DNA of 64,000 nt, taken from positions 68,188 to 132,187 of the forward strand of contig CBDDLF010000007.1 in assembly GCA_965230585.1 (NCBI GenBank), given 5' to 3'. This document shows positions 17,673 to 27,645 of this stretch, piece after piece. The stretch's first letter is position 1. Each line of letters begins with the position of its first letter. Both the position numbers and the translations under genes were made by a program. This stretch comes from Crocinitomicaceae bacterium (lineage in GTDB: Bacteria; Bacteroidota; Bacteroidia; Flavobacteriales_D; Crocinitomicaceae). The notes under the pieces were generated by a model. The model was not told where the DNA came from. It was given only the letters and a program-made list of their open reading frames with translations, and ran no database searches.

Positions 17673-20459
17673 ATGACCGACTCTCAGCACCAAGCCGGTC
17701 GGGCCGACCGCCGCCTACGCCTTCGGATCCGTGCCGCCATGGCAGCCATGGACCAAACCCCCGAGCGGTTGGCTGAGATGGAAGAGGAGCTGACCGTGTG
17801 GCTCTCCGACGCTGCCGAGGCCGAGGGTCTCGAGCCGGCCCACATGGACGACGAGCAGTTGGATACTTGGCTGAAGGAGCAAGTGCCGGATTGGCCGGCG
17901 CTGGTGGCCCGACTCGCGAAATCCGGCGCCCGCCACCAGCGGCCCACCTCCTCTCGCGCTCGCTCGCCCCGCCCCCTCGCCACGGGATCGTCCTTCTTCG
18001 CCGTCGCTCTCCACGAGCTGCGCTTCAGTCTTCGTCAGCTGCGGCGTCGACCCGCATTCGCCCTCATCGCCATCTTGACCCTGGGGCTTGGGGTCGGGGT
18101 GGTGGCGGCGGTTTTTTCCACGGTCGACGCGGTGATCTTCAAGCCGGTGGATTTGGCCGACGGCGACCAATTGATGAATGTCTACGTCCACTCTAAGACC
18201 GGCATGACCCAATACGAGCCCATGGCTTGGCCCGACATTCGGGATATCGGAACGACCTTGCAAGGCGTGGAGCAGATCGAAGCCTACGCCATGGCCATGG
18301 TCAGCATCGACGACGGCCAGATCCGCTTGGCGATCGCCGAGCAGGTCACCGGCGGCTTCTTCCAAATGCTCGGCTTGCAGCCGAAGATCGGCCGTTTGAT
18401 CGACGAATCGGATCGAGGCGCTTCCACCGCGGTGCTGGCCCATCACATCTGGCAGCGGGATTTCGGCAGCTCCACGGACGTGTTGGGCAAAACCATCCGG
18501 GCCAATGGACAGGTCTTCACCATCGTTGGGGTGGCCCCCGAAAACTTCCGCGGTCTCTTCCAAGGACTGGGCCCGGAGCTCTGGCTTCACCTCGAGACGG
18601 GCAAAAATCTGGGCTTGGACCCGCTTCAGGGCTCCGGCGGCAGGACCGCGGGCGTGGATCTCTACGAGGACCGCAATCGTCAATGGTTGTGGACCGTTGC
18701 CCGAATGGCCGACGGCGCAAGCCAAAAACAGCTTCAGGCGGAGCTCGAGGGTCTGTTGGCAAGCCTGAAAGCCGACCACCCGAGGCAATACGAGGAGCGA
18801 CGATTCACCGTTGTGCCGACCACCTCGGTGCGGTTGGTGCCCGACTTTGATCGTCCGCTCTTCGCGGTGGGATATATGGCCTTGGCGGTGGCGGGTCTCG
18901 TATTGCTGATCGCCTGCGCCAACCTGGCGAATATGTTGCTCGCCCGGGCGATCGGCCGAGCCCGAGAATTCGCCCTCCGTCAATCCATGGGGGCCGGTTT
19001 CTCCGACCTCGTCCGTCAGCTGTCGATCGAAAACCTCTGGATTGCTTTGGGCGGCGGGGTGCTCGGCTTGGGCATCGCTCGCTTGGCCGTGGCTGAGATC
19101 CAAAGGGCGGATCTACCCTCGCCGGTGCCTCTGGACTTCGGCATCGTGGTCGATAGCCGGGTCTTCCTCGTGGTCCTGGTATCGATCGTGGTAATCAGCG
19201 TCGGCCTCGGCTTGGTGCCGATCCTAGCGGTGGCCAAGGGTCGCCTCGCAGCTGCTCTGCGCGAGGGCGCCGCGGGGTCGGGGCATCGCCCCCAAAGACT
19301 GCGTTCGTTCCTGGTGGTCTCCCAAGTGGCCCTCTCCGCCATCCTGCTGATCGGCGCCGGCCTCATGACCCGCAGTCTGGCCGCCACCCTATCCGCGGAC
19401 CCAGGCTTCAATCCCGATGGCGTGGTGGCCGCGACGTTCGCCCCGAACCTTCAAGGCTTTGAGCGCGATCGCATCCAGGAGCTCTATCGCCAGCTCGACG
19501 AACGCCTGGAGGCGGTGCCAGGGGTTCAGGCGGTGTCGATGATCGATCATTTGCCGCTGCGCTTCGAAATCGATACCTACTCTATACCCTTGCCTTCAAG
19601 CACACTGGAATCGGAGCAGGAATCGATCGAGACGGACCACGCCATCGCCGATGTGGGTTATTTCGAGCTGATGGACATTCCCCTGCTGGATGGTCGAGGC
19701 TTCGAGGAACGGGACCGAGGAGAGCTGCCCAAGGTGGTGATCAACGAGGTGTTGGCTTCACGCCTCTGGCCCGGAGAGTCGCCCGTCGGTCGGACCGTCG
19801 ACCCGGGCATCTGGGACCAACCCGCAACGATCATCGGAGTTGCCAAAACCGGTGCCTACCGCTCCCTCGGGGAGGCCCCCAGGCCCTTTTTGTACTCCTT
19901 TGCCGATCAATACTTCGATCCCATGCAAGCGGTGTTGATCAAACATGCGGGCTCGCCGGAGCCGATCTTTAGGGCAGTGCGGCAGATCTCGCGCCGGCTC
20001 GATCCACGATTCGATGTTTTGCAGCTCGAGACCCTTGAGCAAGCCCATGCCACGTCGGCCTTTGTGGTGCGCTTCGGCTCCCTGCTGCTCACCATCCTCG
20101 GCACCGTGGGCCTCGCGCTTTCCGCCGTCGGTCTCTACGGCATCTTGGCTCTGCGGGTCCGCGAGCGACGTCGTTCTCTGGGCATTCGCCTCGCCCTCGG
20201 AGATACCCGTACCGGAGTGATCCGTCGAGTGATTCAGGACGGCCTACGCTTGGTGGCCGTGGGCCTGATCGTCGGTTATATCGCCGCCGCAGTCCTGGGC
20301 AACGCGTTGGAATCCTTGCTTTACGGAATCGGACCTCGGGACCCGATCACCTTCGCAGTGGTTTCGGTCGTGTTGCTCGTCGCGGCCGCCGTCGCCTGCG
20401 GGCTGCCGGCCCTGCGGGCCGCCCGCATCGAGCCGGCGGAGACCTTGCGTCACGATTGA
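17673..20459 (+). CDS. ADOP-type duplicated FtsX/MacB-like permease
   Basis: ATG at 17673. LRQLRRRPAFALIAILTLGLGVGVVAAVFS is followed by two FtsX-like 4-TM modules with large periplasmic segments. The gene is adjacent to the PadR gene, as is typical for this family. Confidence 0.85.
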   Translation: MTDSQHQAGRADRRLRLRIRAAMAAMDQTPERLAEMEEELTVWLSDAAEAEGLEPAHMDDEQLDTWLKEQVPDWPALVARLAKSGARHQRPTSSRARSPRPLATGSSFFAVALHELRFSLRQLRRRPAFALIAILTLGLGVGVVAAVFSTVDAVIFKPVDLADGDQLMNVYVHSKTGMTQYEPMAWPDIRDIGTTLQGVEQIEAYAMAMVSIDDGQIRLAIAEQVTGGFFQMLGLQPKIGRLIDESDRGASTAVLAHHIWQRDFGSSTDVLGKTIRANGQVFTIVGVAPENFRGLFQGLGPELWLHLETGKNLGLDPLQGSGGRTAGVDLYEDRNRQWLWTVARMADGASQKQLQAELEGLLASLKADHPRQYEERRFTVVPTTSVRLVPDFDRPLFAVGYMALAVAGLVLLIACANLANMLLARAIGRAREFALRQSMGAGFSDLVRQLSIENLWIALGGGVLGLGIARLAVAEIQRADLPSPVPLDFGIVVDSRVFLVVLVSIVVISVGLGLVPILAVAKGRLAAALREGAAGSGHRPQRLRSFLVVSQVALSAILLIGAGLMTRSLAATLSADPGFNPDGVVAATFAPNLQGFERDRIQELYRQLDERLEAVPGVQAVSMIDHLPLRFEIDTYSIPLPSSTLESEQESIETDHAIADVGYFELMDIPLLDGRGFEERDRGELPKVVINEVLASRLWPGESPVGRTVDPGIWDQPATIIGVAKTGAYRSLGEAPRPFLYSFADQYFDPMQAVLIKHAGSPEPIFRAVRQISRRLDPRFDVLQLETLEQAHATSAFVVRFGSLLLTILGTVGLALSAVGLYGILALRVRERRRSLGIRLALGDTRTGVIRRVIQDGLRLVAVGLIVGYIAAAVLGNALESLLYGIGPRDPITFAVVSVVLLVAAAVACGLPALRAARIEPAETLRHD

Positions 20460-20533
20460 GCCCCAGGGCGGAAGAGAGGATACAATCCGCCCGATGTCCA
20501 ATCCCCAAAAGCTCAACCACGGTGAGGATCGCC

Positions 20534-21871
20534 ATGCCCTCGACCCTGCTCCAAGTTTCCCTCGCTCTGCTCCTGCTCGTGCTGCCCGCCGACGCGGAGA
20601 ATTGGCCCCACTGGCGCGGCCCGAGCCACGACAGTAAGTCGTCCGAAAAAGGCCTACCTAGCCAATGGAGCTCTGAGGACGGTGAGAACATCCTGTGGCG
20701 TCACGACCTCCCGGGTTGGGCAGCCTCCTCGCCGATCGTTTGGGAAGACAAAATCTTCGTCACCTCCACCGAGAAGGGTAAAGAAACCCTCCTGGTGCTG
20801 GCCATCGACCGAGCGGGCAAGGAGGTCTGGCGCCGGCAAGTCGACTCCGGCTCCATCGAGGTCTTCGAGCAATTCGCCCACGAGACCAACGCCGCCTCGC
20901 CGTCGCCGGTGACCGACGGCAAGAATCTCTTCACCCTCTTCGCCACCGGCAAGCTGTCCAGCTTCGACCTGAGCGGCAAGAAAGCGTGGGAGGTCGATCT
21001 CGCCGAGCGATATGGCGCACCGAATATGTTCTTCGGCCTTTCGACCTCGCCCCTGCTGGTCGGCGATCGGCTTTTCCTTCAGCTCTTACACGCCGACGCC
21101 CAATGGGTGATCGCCCTCGACAAGGCCACCGGCAAAGAGCTGTGGAAACACGACCGATCGACCGACGCCACCGGCGAGTGCTTGCACGCCTACACCTCGG
21201 TCATGCCCTTTGTCGCCGGGGAGGGTCAGGAGGATGCCCTGCTGGTTCACGGCGCCGACTACCTCACCGCCCACAGCTACCGCGACGGTCGCGAGCTGTG
21301 GCGTTACGGCACCCTCAATCCCAAGGACAACTACAACTCCTTCTTCAGGCTTGTGGCCACTCCGGTGTCCGCCGACGGCTTGGTGGTAGCTCCGACCGCT
21401 AAACGGGGCCCGGTCTTTGGCCTTCGGCCCGGATCCGCTGCCCAGAAGGGCGGCACAGGGGAGGGCGGCAAGGCGCCGGTGAAGGAGGTCTGGAAGCTCG
21501 ACGCCGGCACCCCCGACGTGCCTTCCCCCATTCTCAACGACGGTCTGCTCTATTTGGCGGGTGAAAACGGCCGGTTGACCGTGCTCGACGCCACCAGCGG
21601 CGAAAAAATTTACGCCGAGCGGGTGCACCAAAGCCCCCATCGCGGCTCCCCCGTGCTCGCCGACGGCAAGCTCTACCTCTCCGCCACGGACGGCACCGTG
21701 TCGGTGGTCAAAGCGGGACGCGAGTTTGAAGTCCTAGCCAAGAATGAGGTCGACGGCGGACGTCTGGCCGCATCACCGGCGATCTCAAATCAAGTGATTT
21801 ACCTGCGAACCGCCGACGCGCTCTTCGCCATCGGGGCGAAACCGACGCCAACGAAAGATTCTAAACCATAG
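20534..21871 (+). CDS. Secreted PQQ-like (BamB-like) beta-propeller repeat protein
   Basis: The ATG at 20534 gives the signal peptide MPSTLLQVSLALLLLVLPADA. NWPHWRGPSHDS...SSPIVWEDKIFVTS is typical of this family. Confidence 0.8.
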   Translation: MPSTLLQVSLALLLLVLPADAENWPHWRGPSHDSKSSEKGLPSQWSSEDGENILWRHDLPGWAASSPIVWEDKIFVTSTEKGKETLLVLAIDRAGKEVWRRQVDSGSIEVFEQFAHETNAASPSPVTDGKNLFTLFATGKLSSFDLSGKKAWEVDLAERYGAPNMFFGLSTSPLLVGDRLFLQLLHADAQWVIALDKATGKELWKHDRSTDATGECLHAYTSVMPFVAGEGQEDALLVHGADYLTAHSYRDGRELWRYGTLNPKDNYNSFFRLVATPVSADGLVVAPTAKRGPVFGLRPGSAAQKGGTGEGGKAPVKEVWKLDAGTPDVPSPILNDGLLYLAGENGRLTVLDATSGEKIYAERVHQSPHRGSPVLADGKLYLSATDGTVSVVKAGREFEVLAKNEVDGGRLAASPAISNQVIYLRTADALFAIGAKPTPTKDSKP

Positions 21872-21888
21872 GTTCTAGGCAATAAGGG

Positions 21889-22452
21889 TCACGGGTACGA
21901 GACCGTATACTTGAGCTGAACGAAATCATTCGGAAATGCGACCGCCCGCGCATTCTCCAATTGGATGTGTTTTTCGGTTTTCCCGAATAGGGGAATTCCG
22001 TCGCCCAAGAGAATCGGCGCTCGGGTGATGATCATCTCTTCGATCAGCCCCAAGTTGAGGAACGAGGTGATGATCATGCCACCGTCGACGTAGGCGTGTT
22101 GAAAACCTTGGCTCTCCAGTCTTGAGATCAGGTCTGGAATCGACTCAGAGCACATCTCTACCTTATCTTTGAGGTTGCCCGGTGCATCCTTCAATGTTCT
22201 GCTGAGCACGAAAATCGGAGTGTCACCATAGGGCCATTGCTCCGGGGTCAGATTGAAGCTGGAAAGCTTTTCCATGCATTTTCGACCCATGATCAAGCAA
22301 TCCACGGACGCCATGTAGCTGAAAAAGCCCATGTCAGCATGCTCGCCCATGTCGACATCCTTCTTCCCCGCAACATCCAACCAACCGACGTCGCCGTCAT
22401 GGGTTGCGATATAACCGTCAGCGCTCGTGGCAATGAAAACCGAGCATTTCAT
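21889..22452 (-). CDS. Dihydrofolate reductase-family protein (RibD C-terminal domain type)
   Basis: MKCSVFIATSADGYIATHDGDVGWL and a length of 187 aa. Confidence 0.8.
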   Translation of the reverse strand: MKCSVFIATSADGYIATHDGDVGWLDVAGKKDVDMGEHADMGFFSYMASVDCLIMGRKCMEKLSSFNLTPEQWPYGDTPIFVLSRTLKDAPGNLKDKVEMCSESIPDLISRLESQGFQHAYVDGGMIITSFLNLGLIEEMIITRAPILLGDGIPLFGKTEKHIQLENARAVAFPNDFVQLKYTVSYP

Positions 22453-22484
22453 GTGGTTTTCTCCTTAGGAAGCTGAGCCCATCC

Positions 22485-22955
22485 TCAGCCGCCGGTCAGA
22501 TCAGTCGGTGGCTGGGCCCTATGTAGCACGTAAATATCCATCGCCCAATCCCAATCCCCGACCACCGGTTCCGACGGTGGGCCTTCATAGTCGCCCATCA
22601 CACCCAGGGTGAGCTCCCCGTCCTCGATTTTGAAGATAGCGACAACGACATTGCCGATGTGCTTCTGTTCTTTCGAGCTGTCTCTGAGGATGGTGGCGTG
22701 GAGCTGCTTCGGATCCTTGTCGGCCAACACCGTAAAGCTGGTGTCGTACCAAAAGTCTTCCCTTGCCCGGAAATACAGCGAGTCGCCCGAGATGGTGATG
22801 GAGCACTCCCCACCCGGCCCCCTGCCCTCCCAATATCCCTGAAGCGGCTCGAGATCCGCCGCCGTTCGTGGAGATTGGACGTGGCAGGCGGCGAGAATCG
22901 CAATCACCCAAACAAGGTGGGTCCGTTGAAGGAGCCAGCTGGGTTTGCATTTCAT
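22485..22955 (-). CDS. Lipoprotein, TIGR03067-like (lipocalin-like) domain
   Basis: The lipobox is ILAAC. The pattern is DLEPLQGYWEG...ITISGDSLYF...AIFKIEDGELTLGV. Confidence 0.5.
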   Translation of the reverse strand: MKCKPSWLLQRTHLVWVIAILAACHVQSPRTAADLEPLQGYWEGRGPGGECSITISGDSLYFRAREDFWYDTSFTVLADKDPKQLHATILRDSSKEQKHIGNVVVAIFKIEDGELTLGVMGDYEGPPSEPVVGDWDWAMDIYVLHRAQPPTDLTGG

Positions 22956-23149
22956 GGAATGAGCATATCTCGGATGAGCCGAAGGATTCGAGGCCGAGCC
23001 AGCGGGTCTCCGGAGGGCAAGACATTAAATAAGTTTCATGATGCCTCCATCTCGCAGAAATCCTCCGACCGCCATGCTTGCTCTTCAACAGCTCAAAGAC
23101 CCGGCTCAATCGGCTCAACGGACCGGCTCACTAGACTCAGGAGGACACC

Positions 23150-24901
23150 ATGTTGACGAGCTTCTCACGTTCCAAAAACAGCATGCGAGCGGCAGCGGCG
23201 GCAATCACGTTGCTCGCGTCGCTGCTCGGTACCAGCTCCATCCCGGCCGGCACCGCGCCGATCACCCATCCGATTGTTTTCGTGCAATACCCGAGCCCGG
23301 AGAATCTCCAGGCGCCGATCCGGGGCAATCTCTTGCGCTTGGATCCGGACGGCAGCGTCCACGCCTTGACCGATCGGACCGACGCTGCGGTGAGGGATCC
23401 AGAAGTCTCTTGGGACGGTACCCAGGTGGTCTTTTCCATGCGCATCGGTGCCGACACCGCGACTTGGCAAGTTTGGGAGGTGGGTGTCGATGGGACCGGG
23501 CTGCGGAAAGTCAGCCAAGACCCGGCCTACAACGATCTCGACCCCAGCTACCTGCCCGACGGCCGCTTGATCTTCACCACCGATCGCCTGCGCTGGTCCG
23601 ACGGTTATGAAAATGTGCCGGCCACTCAGCTCGCGGTCATGGGCTCCGACGGCCTCAACGTGGAGATGCTGAAGGTCAACCCGTCGGGACACTCGAACCC
23701 TCTCGTCGGCAGCGACGGCATGGTCTACCTCACCCAATGGGATTTCCACGACCGTCGGACCACCATGTCCGACGAGGAAGACGAGACTTTCGACGTCAAC
23801 CGATTCCTCTTGTGGAAGGTCTTCGCCGACGGCAGCGGTCTCGACCATCCAGCCTTCGGCGCCCACACTATCGGCGACTTCACCCCGGGTTATGTGGAAA
23901 TTCGAGAACGACCGTCCGCGCCGGGTACCTTCGTCGGCGTGCTGGGTTCGGAAGATACCCAGGAGGTCACCAGCTTCTCCCCGGATCGACTGATTTTCGT
24001 GCCAGGTACTTTCCTGACCTTCTTCGGTGCCGACATTGTGTTGATGCAACCGCAGGCGAACCAAGATCTCGACCAGCCCGTCTCCTTGACCTCCGGCGAT
24101 GAGATGGAGGGCACTTGGCGCTCACCCTTACCCCTTGAGGACGGTCGGATCGTCGCGACATTTTTTCCGGAAGAATTCGAAGGGGAGGAGCCACCGGCCC
24201 AGCTGTGGATGATGAACAGCGACGGATCCAACAAGACCCTTCTGCACCATCAGGACAGCCATTGGTTGATCCAACCGGTGGAGGTCGTGGCTCGGACGCC
24301 CCCGACGCTGCTGGACGGCCAGATGCGGCCGGAGTATCCCTATGCCTTGATCAACGCCCTCGACGTCACCCTGCGCAGCAATGACGGTCAGAGCCATCCG
24401 GCTCCCGGCGAGGTGGTCGCGGTGCGCGTGCTACGGGAGGATGTGCGCACGCCGAACGACCACGACGCCCAGCTGGACAGCGGTGGCTCCAACGTGTTCC
24501 AAGCTTGGGACGACCCCGATACCGTGGAGCTGGGCACCGCCCCCGTGGCACCGGACGGCTCGTTTGCGGTGGTCGTTCCCGCCGATACTCCCATCACTTG
24601 GGAGCTGTTGAGCTCCCAAGGAAACGTGGTGGTGCGAGAGCGCTTCGGCACCGAGCTGCGTGCCGGTGAGGTCCGCACCTGCGCAGGTTGCCATGCGCCC
24701 CACGACGGCACCCAAGGCTCCACCTCGAATATGGCGTTGGCGTCGCCCACCAACTTGAGCGGGCAGGAAGTGGATTTAGACAATAACGGCGTTGTCGATT
24801 TGCTGGAAAATCTATGCGAGGTCATCCCCTCCGCCTGCGGCACAGGGGTGATTTTCAATGACGGCTTCGAATCGGGAAATACCTCCGCCTGGAACGGTTA
24901 G
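23150..24901 (+). CDS. Secreted TolB/PD40-like beta-propeller protein with one CXXCH motif and a DGFESGN..W tail
   Basis: An AGGAGG RBS precedes the start and a signal peptide is present. The propeller part reads DPEVSWDGTQVVFSMR...YLPDGRLIFTTDR. The haem motif is CAGCHAPHDG. The protein ends VIFNDGFESGNTSAWNG. Confidence 0.8.
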   Translation: MLTSFSRSKNSMRAAAAAITLLASLLGTSSIPAGTAPITHPIVFVQYPSPENLQAPIRGNLLRLDPDGSVHALTDRTDAAVRDPEVSWDGTQVVFSMRIGADTATWQVWEVGVDGTGLRKVSQDPAYNDLDPSYLPDGRLIFTTDRLRWSDGYENVPATQLAVMGSDGLNVEMLKVNPSGHSNPLVGSDGMVYLTQWDFHDRRTTMSDEEDETFDVNRFLLWKVFADGSGLDHPAFGAHTIGDFTPGYVEIRERPSAPGTFVGVLGSEDTQEVTSFSPDRLIFVPGTFLTFFGADIVLMQPQANQDLDQPVSLTSGDEMEGTWRSPLPLEDGRIVATFFPEEFEGEEPPAQLWMMNSDGSNKTLLHHQDSHWLIQPVEVVARTPPTLLDGQMRPEYPYALINALDVTLRSNDGQSHPAPGEVVAVRVLREDVRTPNDHDAQLDSGGSNVFQAWDDPDTVELGTAPVAPDGSFAVVVPADTPITWELLSSQGNVVVRERFGTELRAGEVRTCAGCHAPHDGTQGSTSNMALASPTNLSGQEVDLDNNGVVDLLENLCEVIPSACGTGVIFNDGFESGNTSAWNG

Positions 24902-24922
24902 CCCGAATCACTCGGCGCGATG

Positions 24923-24953
24923 GCCTTTCAGCGGCTCAGAGCCGCTGAAAGGC
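24923..24953 (+). terminator. Perfect 13-bp hairpin after the stop codon (no U-tract)
   Basis: gcctttcagcggc, loop tcaga, gccgctgaaaggc. Confidence 0.55.
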
Positions 24954-24955
24954 TG

Positions 24956-25027
24956 CTCGGAAACTACGTGGCACCTTCCTCGGAAACTACATGGCACCTT
25001 CCTCGGAAACTACGTGGCACCTTCCTG
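24956..25027 (+). repeat. REP-like array, three abutting 23-nt units
   Basis: ctcggaaactacgtggcaccttc occurs three times (24956, 24979, 25002). The middle unit has one G to A change. Confidence 0.95.
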
Positions 25028-25040
25028 CGAGCGAGCCGAT

Positions 25041-25523
25041 CTAAGGGTTCGTGTCTTGGTCGGCGCCACCGTCGGAGAACAAACCGAAGGCCGACAGGCC
25101 GAGACCCAGCCCGAGAATGGCGCCGGAGATGACATTTACCATGGGTGCCGCGTAGTGAACCTCATAGTCGGCTCCGATCCCCGCCAACAGCGCCAAGAGA
25201 AAGCCGCCCAGCAACCCATGGAAGGCCCAAAAGCTGCCGCGATAGAGCCCTTTCCAAATCACGAAAAGCGCCAGGAGGCAAAAGGCGGAATTCATGCCGT
25301 TCGCGAAAATGGCGATGGAATCCACGGTCGACAGCACATCTGCCGGTAGGGCGTCGGCTTCTTTATCGTTGAGGAGGGAGTACAGCGCAGGGGTGTGGCC
25401 ATCGTAGAATAGGGTAAAAGCGATGATCCCGGCGGATGGAATCAAATTCAACACCGTCCAAACCGTAAGAACGGCGCAGCCCACCTTCAAAATCATCTTT
25501 CTTTTCACAGGCTCCTCCTCCAT
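25041..25523 (-). CDS. Hypothetical 4-TM membrane protein
   Basis: 160-aa ORF with four hydrophobic segments. I recognise no family. Confidence 0.55.
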   Translation of the reverse strand: MEEEPVKRKMILKVGCAVLTVWTVLNLIPSAGIIAFTLFYDGHTPALYSLLNDKEADALPADVLSTVDSIAIFANGMNSAFCLLALFVIWKGLYRGSFWAFHGLLGGFLLALLAGIGADYEVHYAAPMVNVISGAILGLGLGLSAFGLFSDGGADQDTNP

Positions 25524-25573
25524 GGATCGGCTTCTTGCCCGGAGAGATCCTTTACCCGGCCTCAGAGACGGCC

Positions 25574-25627
25574 TAGGAAACTACGTGGCACTTCTGGCCG
25601 CCTCAGAAACTACATGGCACCTTCTAC
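25574..25627 (+). repeat. REP-like array, 2 copies
   Basis: taggaaactacgtggcacttctgg and cctcagaaactacatggcaccttctac. Confidence 0.85.
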
Positions 25628-25632
25628 ACCGC

Positions 25633-26283
25633 TTATCCAGCCGAGGCTTCCAAATAAACGGCATCCATCTCCATTCCCTCCACCGGCTCGACCACGCACC
25701 GTGACACGATAAATCCTGCGGATTCTGCCCAGCCCGAGACTTCCGTGTCCGTGAACCGAAGCGCGACGATGTCGCTTTGCCCACCATAGTCAATGGCGCC
25801 GGACCCTTCCCAGGTCGCCAATACGAGTCGGCCGCCCGGGGCGATCACCCGTCGCCATTCCCGCAGAGCCGTCTCAGCACCGTCGGAATCCAGGTGATGT
25901 AGCGCAAAGAAGCTGATGACCGCCGCCGCGGAATCGGTCTCCACAAAATCCAAGCGTCGCATATCGCCCACTTCGATCTGAGCATCCTGCCCAAGCCGAG
26001 CGCTCGAGATCTCAACCATCTGCGGCGATAAGTCGATGCCGACCAGAGGGCGCCGCGGGTCGAATCGCTTTCGGTATAGGTCGAGCATGTGCCCCGAGCC
26101 GCAGGAGGTATCGATCAGGGCCCCTTCCACACCTTTGATTTGCTCATTCAGCCTACCCAGCTGCTCCCCATAGAGCGGCAGGGAGATCTCCGAGTCCATC
26201 ATCGTCGAATACGACTCTGCGGAGTCGTCGTACATGGCGCGGACTTCTTGGTCTGTCGACGGCTTCATGCTCATTTCGTCCAA
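25633..26283 (-). CDS. Class I SAM-dependent methyltransferase
   Basis: LIDTSCGSGHMLDLY...LVGIDLSPQMVE fits motifs I and II. Confidence 0.8.
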   Translation of the reverse strand: MDEMSMKPSTDQEVRAMYDDSAESYSTMMDSEISLPLYGEQLGRLNEQIKGVEGALIDTSCGSGHMLDLYRKRFDPRRPLVGIDLSPQMVEISSARLGQDAQIEVGDMRRLDFVETDSAAAVISFFALHHLDSDGAETALREWRRVIAPGGRLVLATWEGSGAIDYGGQSDIVALRFTDTEVSGWAESAGFIVSRCVVEPVEGMEMDAVYLEASAG

Positions 26284-26291
26284 TACTCAAT

Positions 26292-27266
26292 TCAAGCCTG
26301 GTTATTCGGTACCTGTTCCATCGCTGAGATGAGCCAAGCCCACCCGTTTTGCTCAGCGAGAGCAGATAGGTCGCCCCACAGCTTCGTTCGAAGAGGATCA
26401 CCTACGATGGATTGGGTGGAATAATCACCCAGATGCAATCGCCCGTGTTCCGACGCTGTCGCCCATCTCTTGAGAAAGAGTCCGAATTGATCAGCCGCGG
26501 CCTCGGCGTCCCCTGCCCGCAGGGAGCAATACGCCCGCTGCTCTAGAAGGGCCTCATAGCGCCACGCCAGCGACCCCTCGAAAAACGACGGATCTACCTC
26601 ACCGTAGGCATCGGCAGCGTCCCTCCAACGCTCAAGGTCCTGCAAGCAATGGGCACGATAGAGCAACGCCCATGGGTGCTTGGGATCCGCCTCGGTGGCC
26701 TGCTCGAAATATCGAAGCGCTTCAGGAATGCCTCGGCTCGAGTCTTCGTAGGCCAAGGATCCGAGCAGATACAAAACATCCGCGCTCCCGGGGGCAAGCC
26801 GGGCTGCCTCAAAGGCCGCGGACCAAGCCGTGGCCAAGATCCTCCGCCTGGGCTCCGCTTCGTCGTCTCGAAAGAAGCCCTCCGCAAAAAATTTCGCGCA
26901 CACCGCGCGCGAATGGTGGACCCATGGGTCCTCGTCGTCGAGACCCAATGCCGCCTCGTAGATCCGGTCGAGCGCCAGCCACTCTTCCAAGCTCAACGAA
27001 GTCACCTCGTGCTCCAAAAACATGGCCAAGAAGCGCAGACGCTCTTGAGCCGGCAGGTCGACTTCGCCGGTTTGGCGCAAATAGGCCGTTAGATCCAAGC
27101 GGGCAACTCCCGCCACTTCCTTGGCCCGGATATTTGATTCGAGCCAATCCTCCATCGCGACGCGCGGGTCGACGGCCGCTTTGGAATGCTTTTGGTCAAG
27201 ACGGTGCCGAAGCTGCGCTCGATCTCGCTGATTCTTCAAACCGGTAAGCACTTGTGATCGCGGCAT
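26292..27266 (-). CDS. Hypothetical TPR-like helical repeat protein
   Basis: ALRYFEQATEADPKHPWALLYRAHCLQDLERWRDAADAY is TPR-like. The rest is unassigned. Confidence 0.55.
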   Translation of the reverse strand: MPRSQVLTGLKNQRDRAQLRHRLDQKHSKAAVDPRVAMEDWLESNIRAKEVAGVARLDLTAYLRQTGEVDLPAQERLRFLAMFLEHEVTSLSLEEWLALDRIYEAALGLDDEDPWVHHSRAVCAKFFAEGFFRDDEAEPRRRILATAWSAAFEAARLAPGSADVLYLLGSLAYEDSSRGIPEALRYFEQATEADPKHPWALLYRAHCLQDLERWRDAADAYGEVDPSFFEGSLAWRYEALLEQRAYCSLRAGDAEAAADQFGLFLKRWATASEHGRLHLGDYSTQSIVGDPLRTKLWGDLSALAEQNGWAWLISAMEQVPNNQA

Positions 27267-27376
27267 CTAGATTCCTCATTTCAATTGGAGAACAATTTAT
27301 CAGCTTAGGTCTATAAATCTACTGGAGATGGGTCTTGTCCGCAAAGTCGTCTAGGGACCCGAGCACGGCTCCCCTA

Positions 27377-27531
27377 GACGCACCACTTCTGGAAACTACG
27401 TGGCACCTTTTCCATGGATGCGCTTCTGGAAACCGCTTCTGGAAACTACGTGGCACCTGTTCGGTGGACGCACTTCTGGAAACCACTTCTGGAAACTACG
27501 TGGCACCTTTTCCATGGATGCGCCGACGCAC
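27377..27531 (+). repeat. REP-like array, 3 perfect cores in nested repeats of about 50 nt, directly upstream of the transposase-like gene
   Basis: cttctggaaactacgtggcacct occurs at about 27386, 27436 and 27486. The flanks ttttccatggatgcg occur twice. Partial units (cttctggaaacc) lie in between. Confidence 0.95.
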
Positions 27532-27645
27532 CGATCACGCAACTAATTTCGAGCCAGTGCAGAATTCGAGAGAGTTTTTCCGTCCAAGCTCTAGTAGGAG
27601 CGCAGTAGGTGTCTCTGCGCCCGATTTACCAAAGGAGAGCTTGTT

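Noticed and set aside
24956-25027. The TGGCAC inside each repeat core as a sigma-54 -24 element, which would make the arrays promoter clusters
   Set aside because: No copy has a TTGC or GC dinucleotide at the obligatory position 10 nt after GG. The downstream bases are TTTTCAGG, TTCCTCGG or TGCCTGAA.
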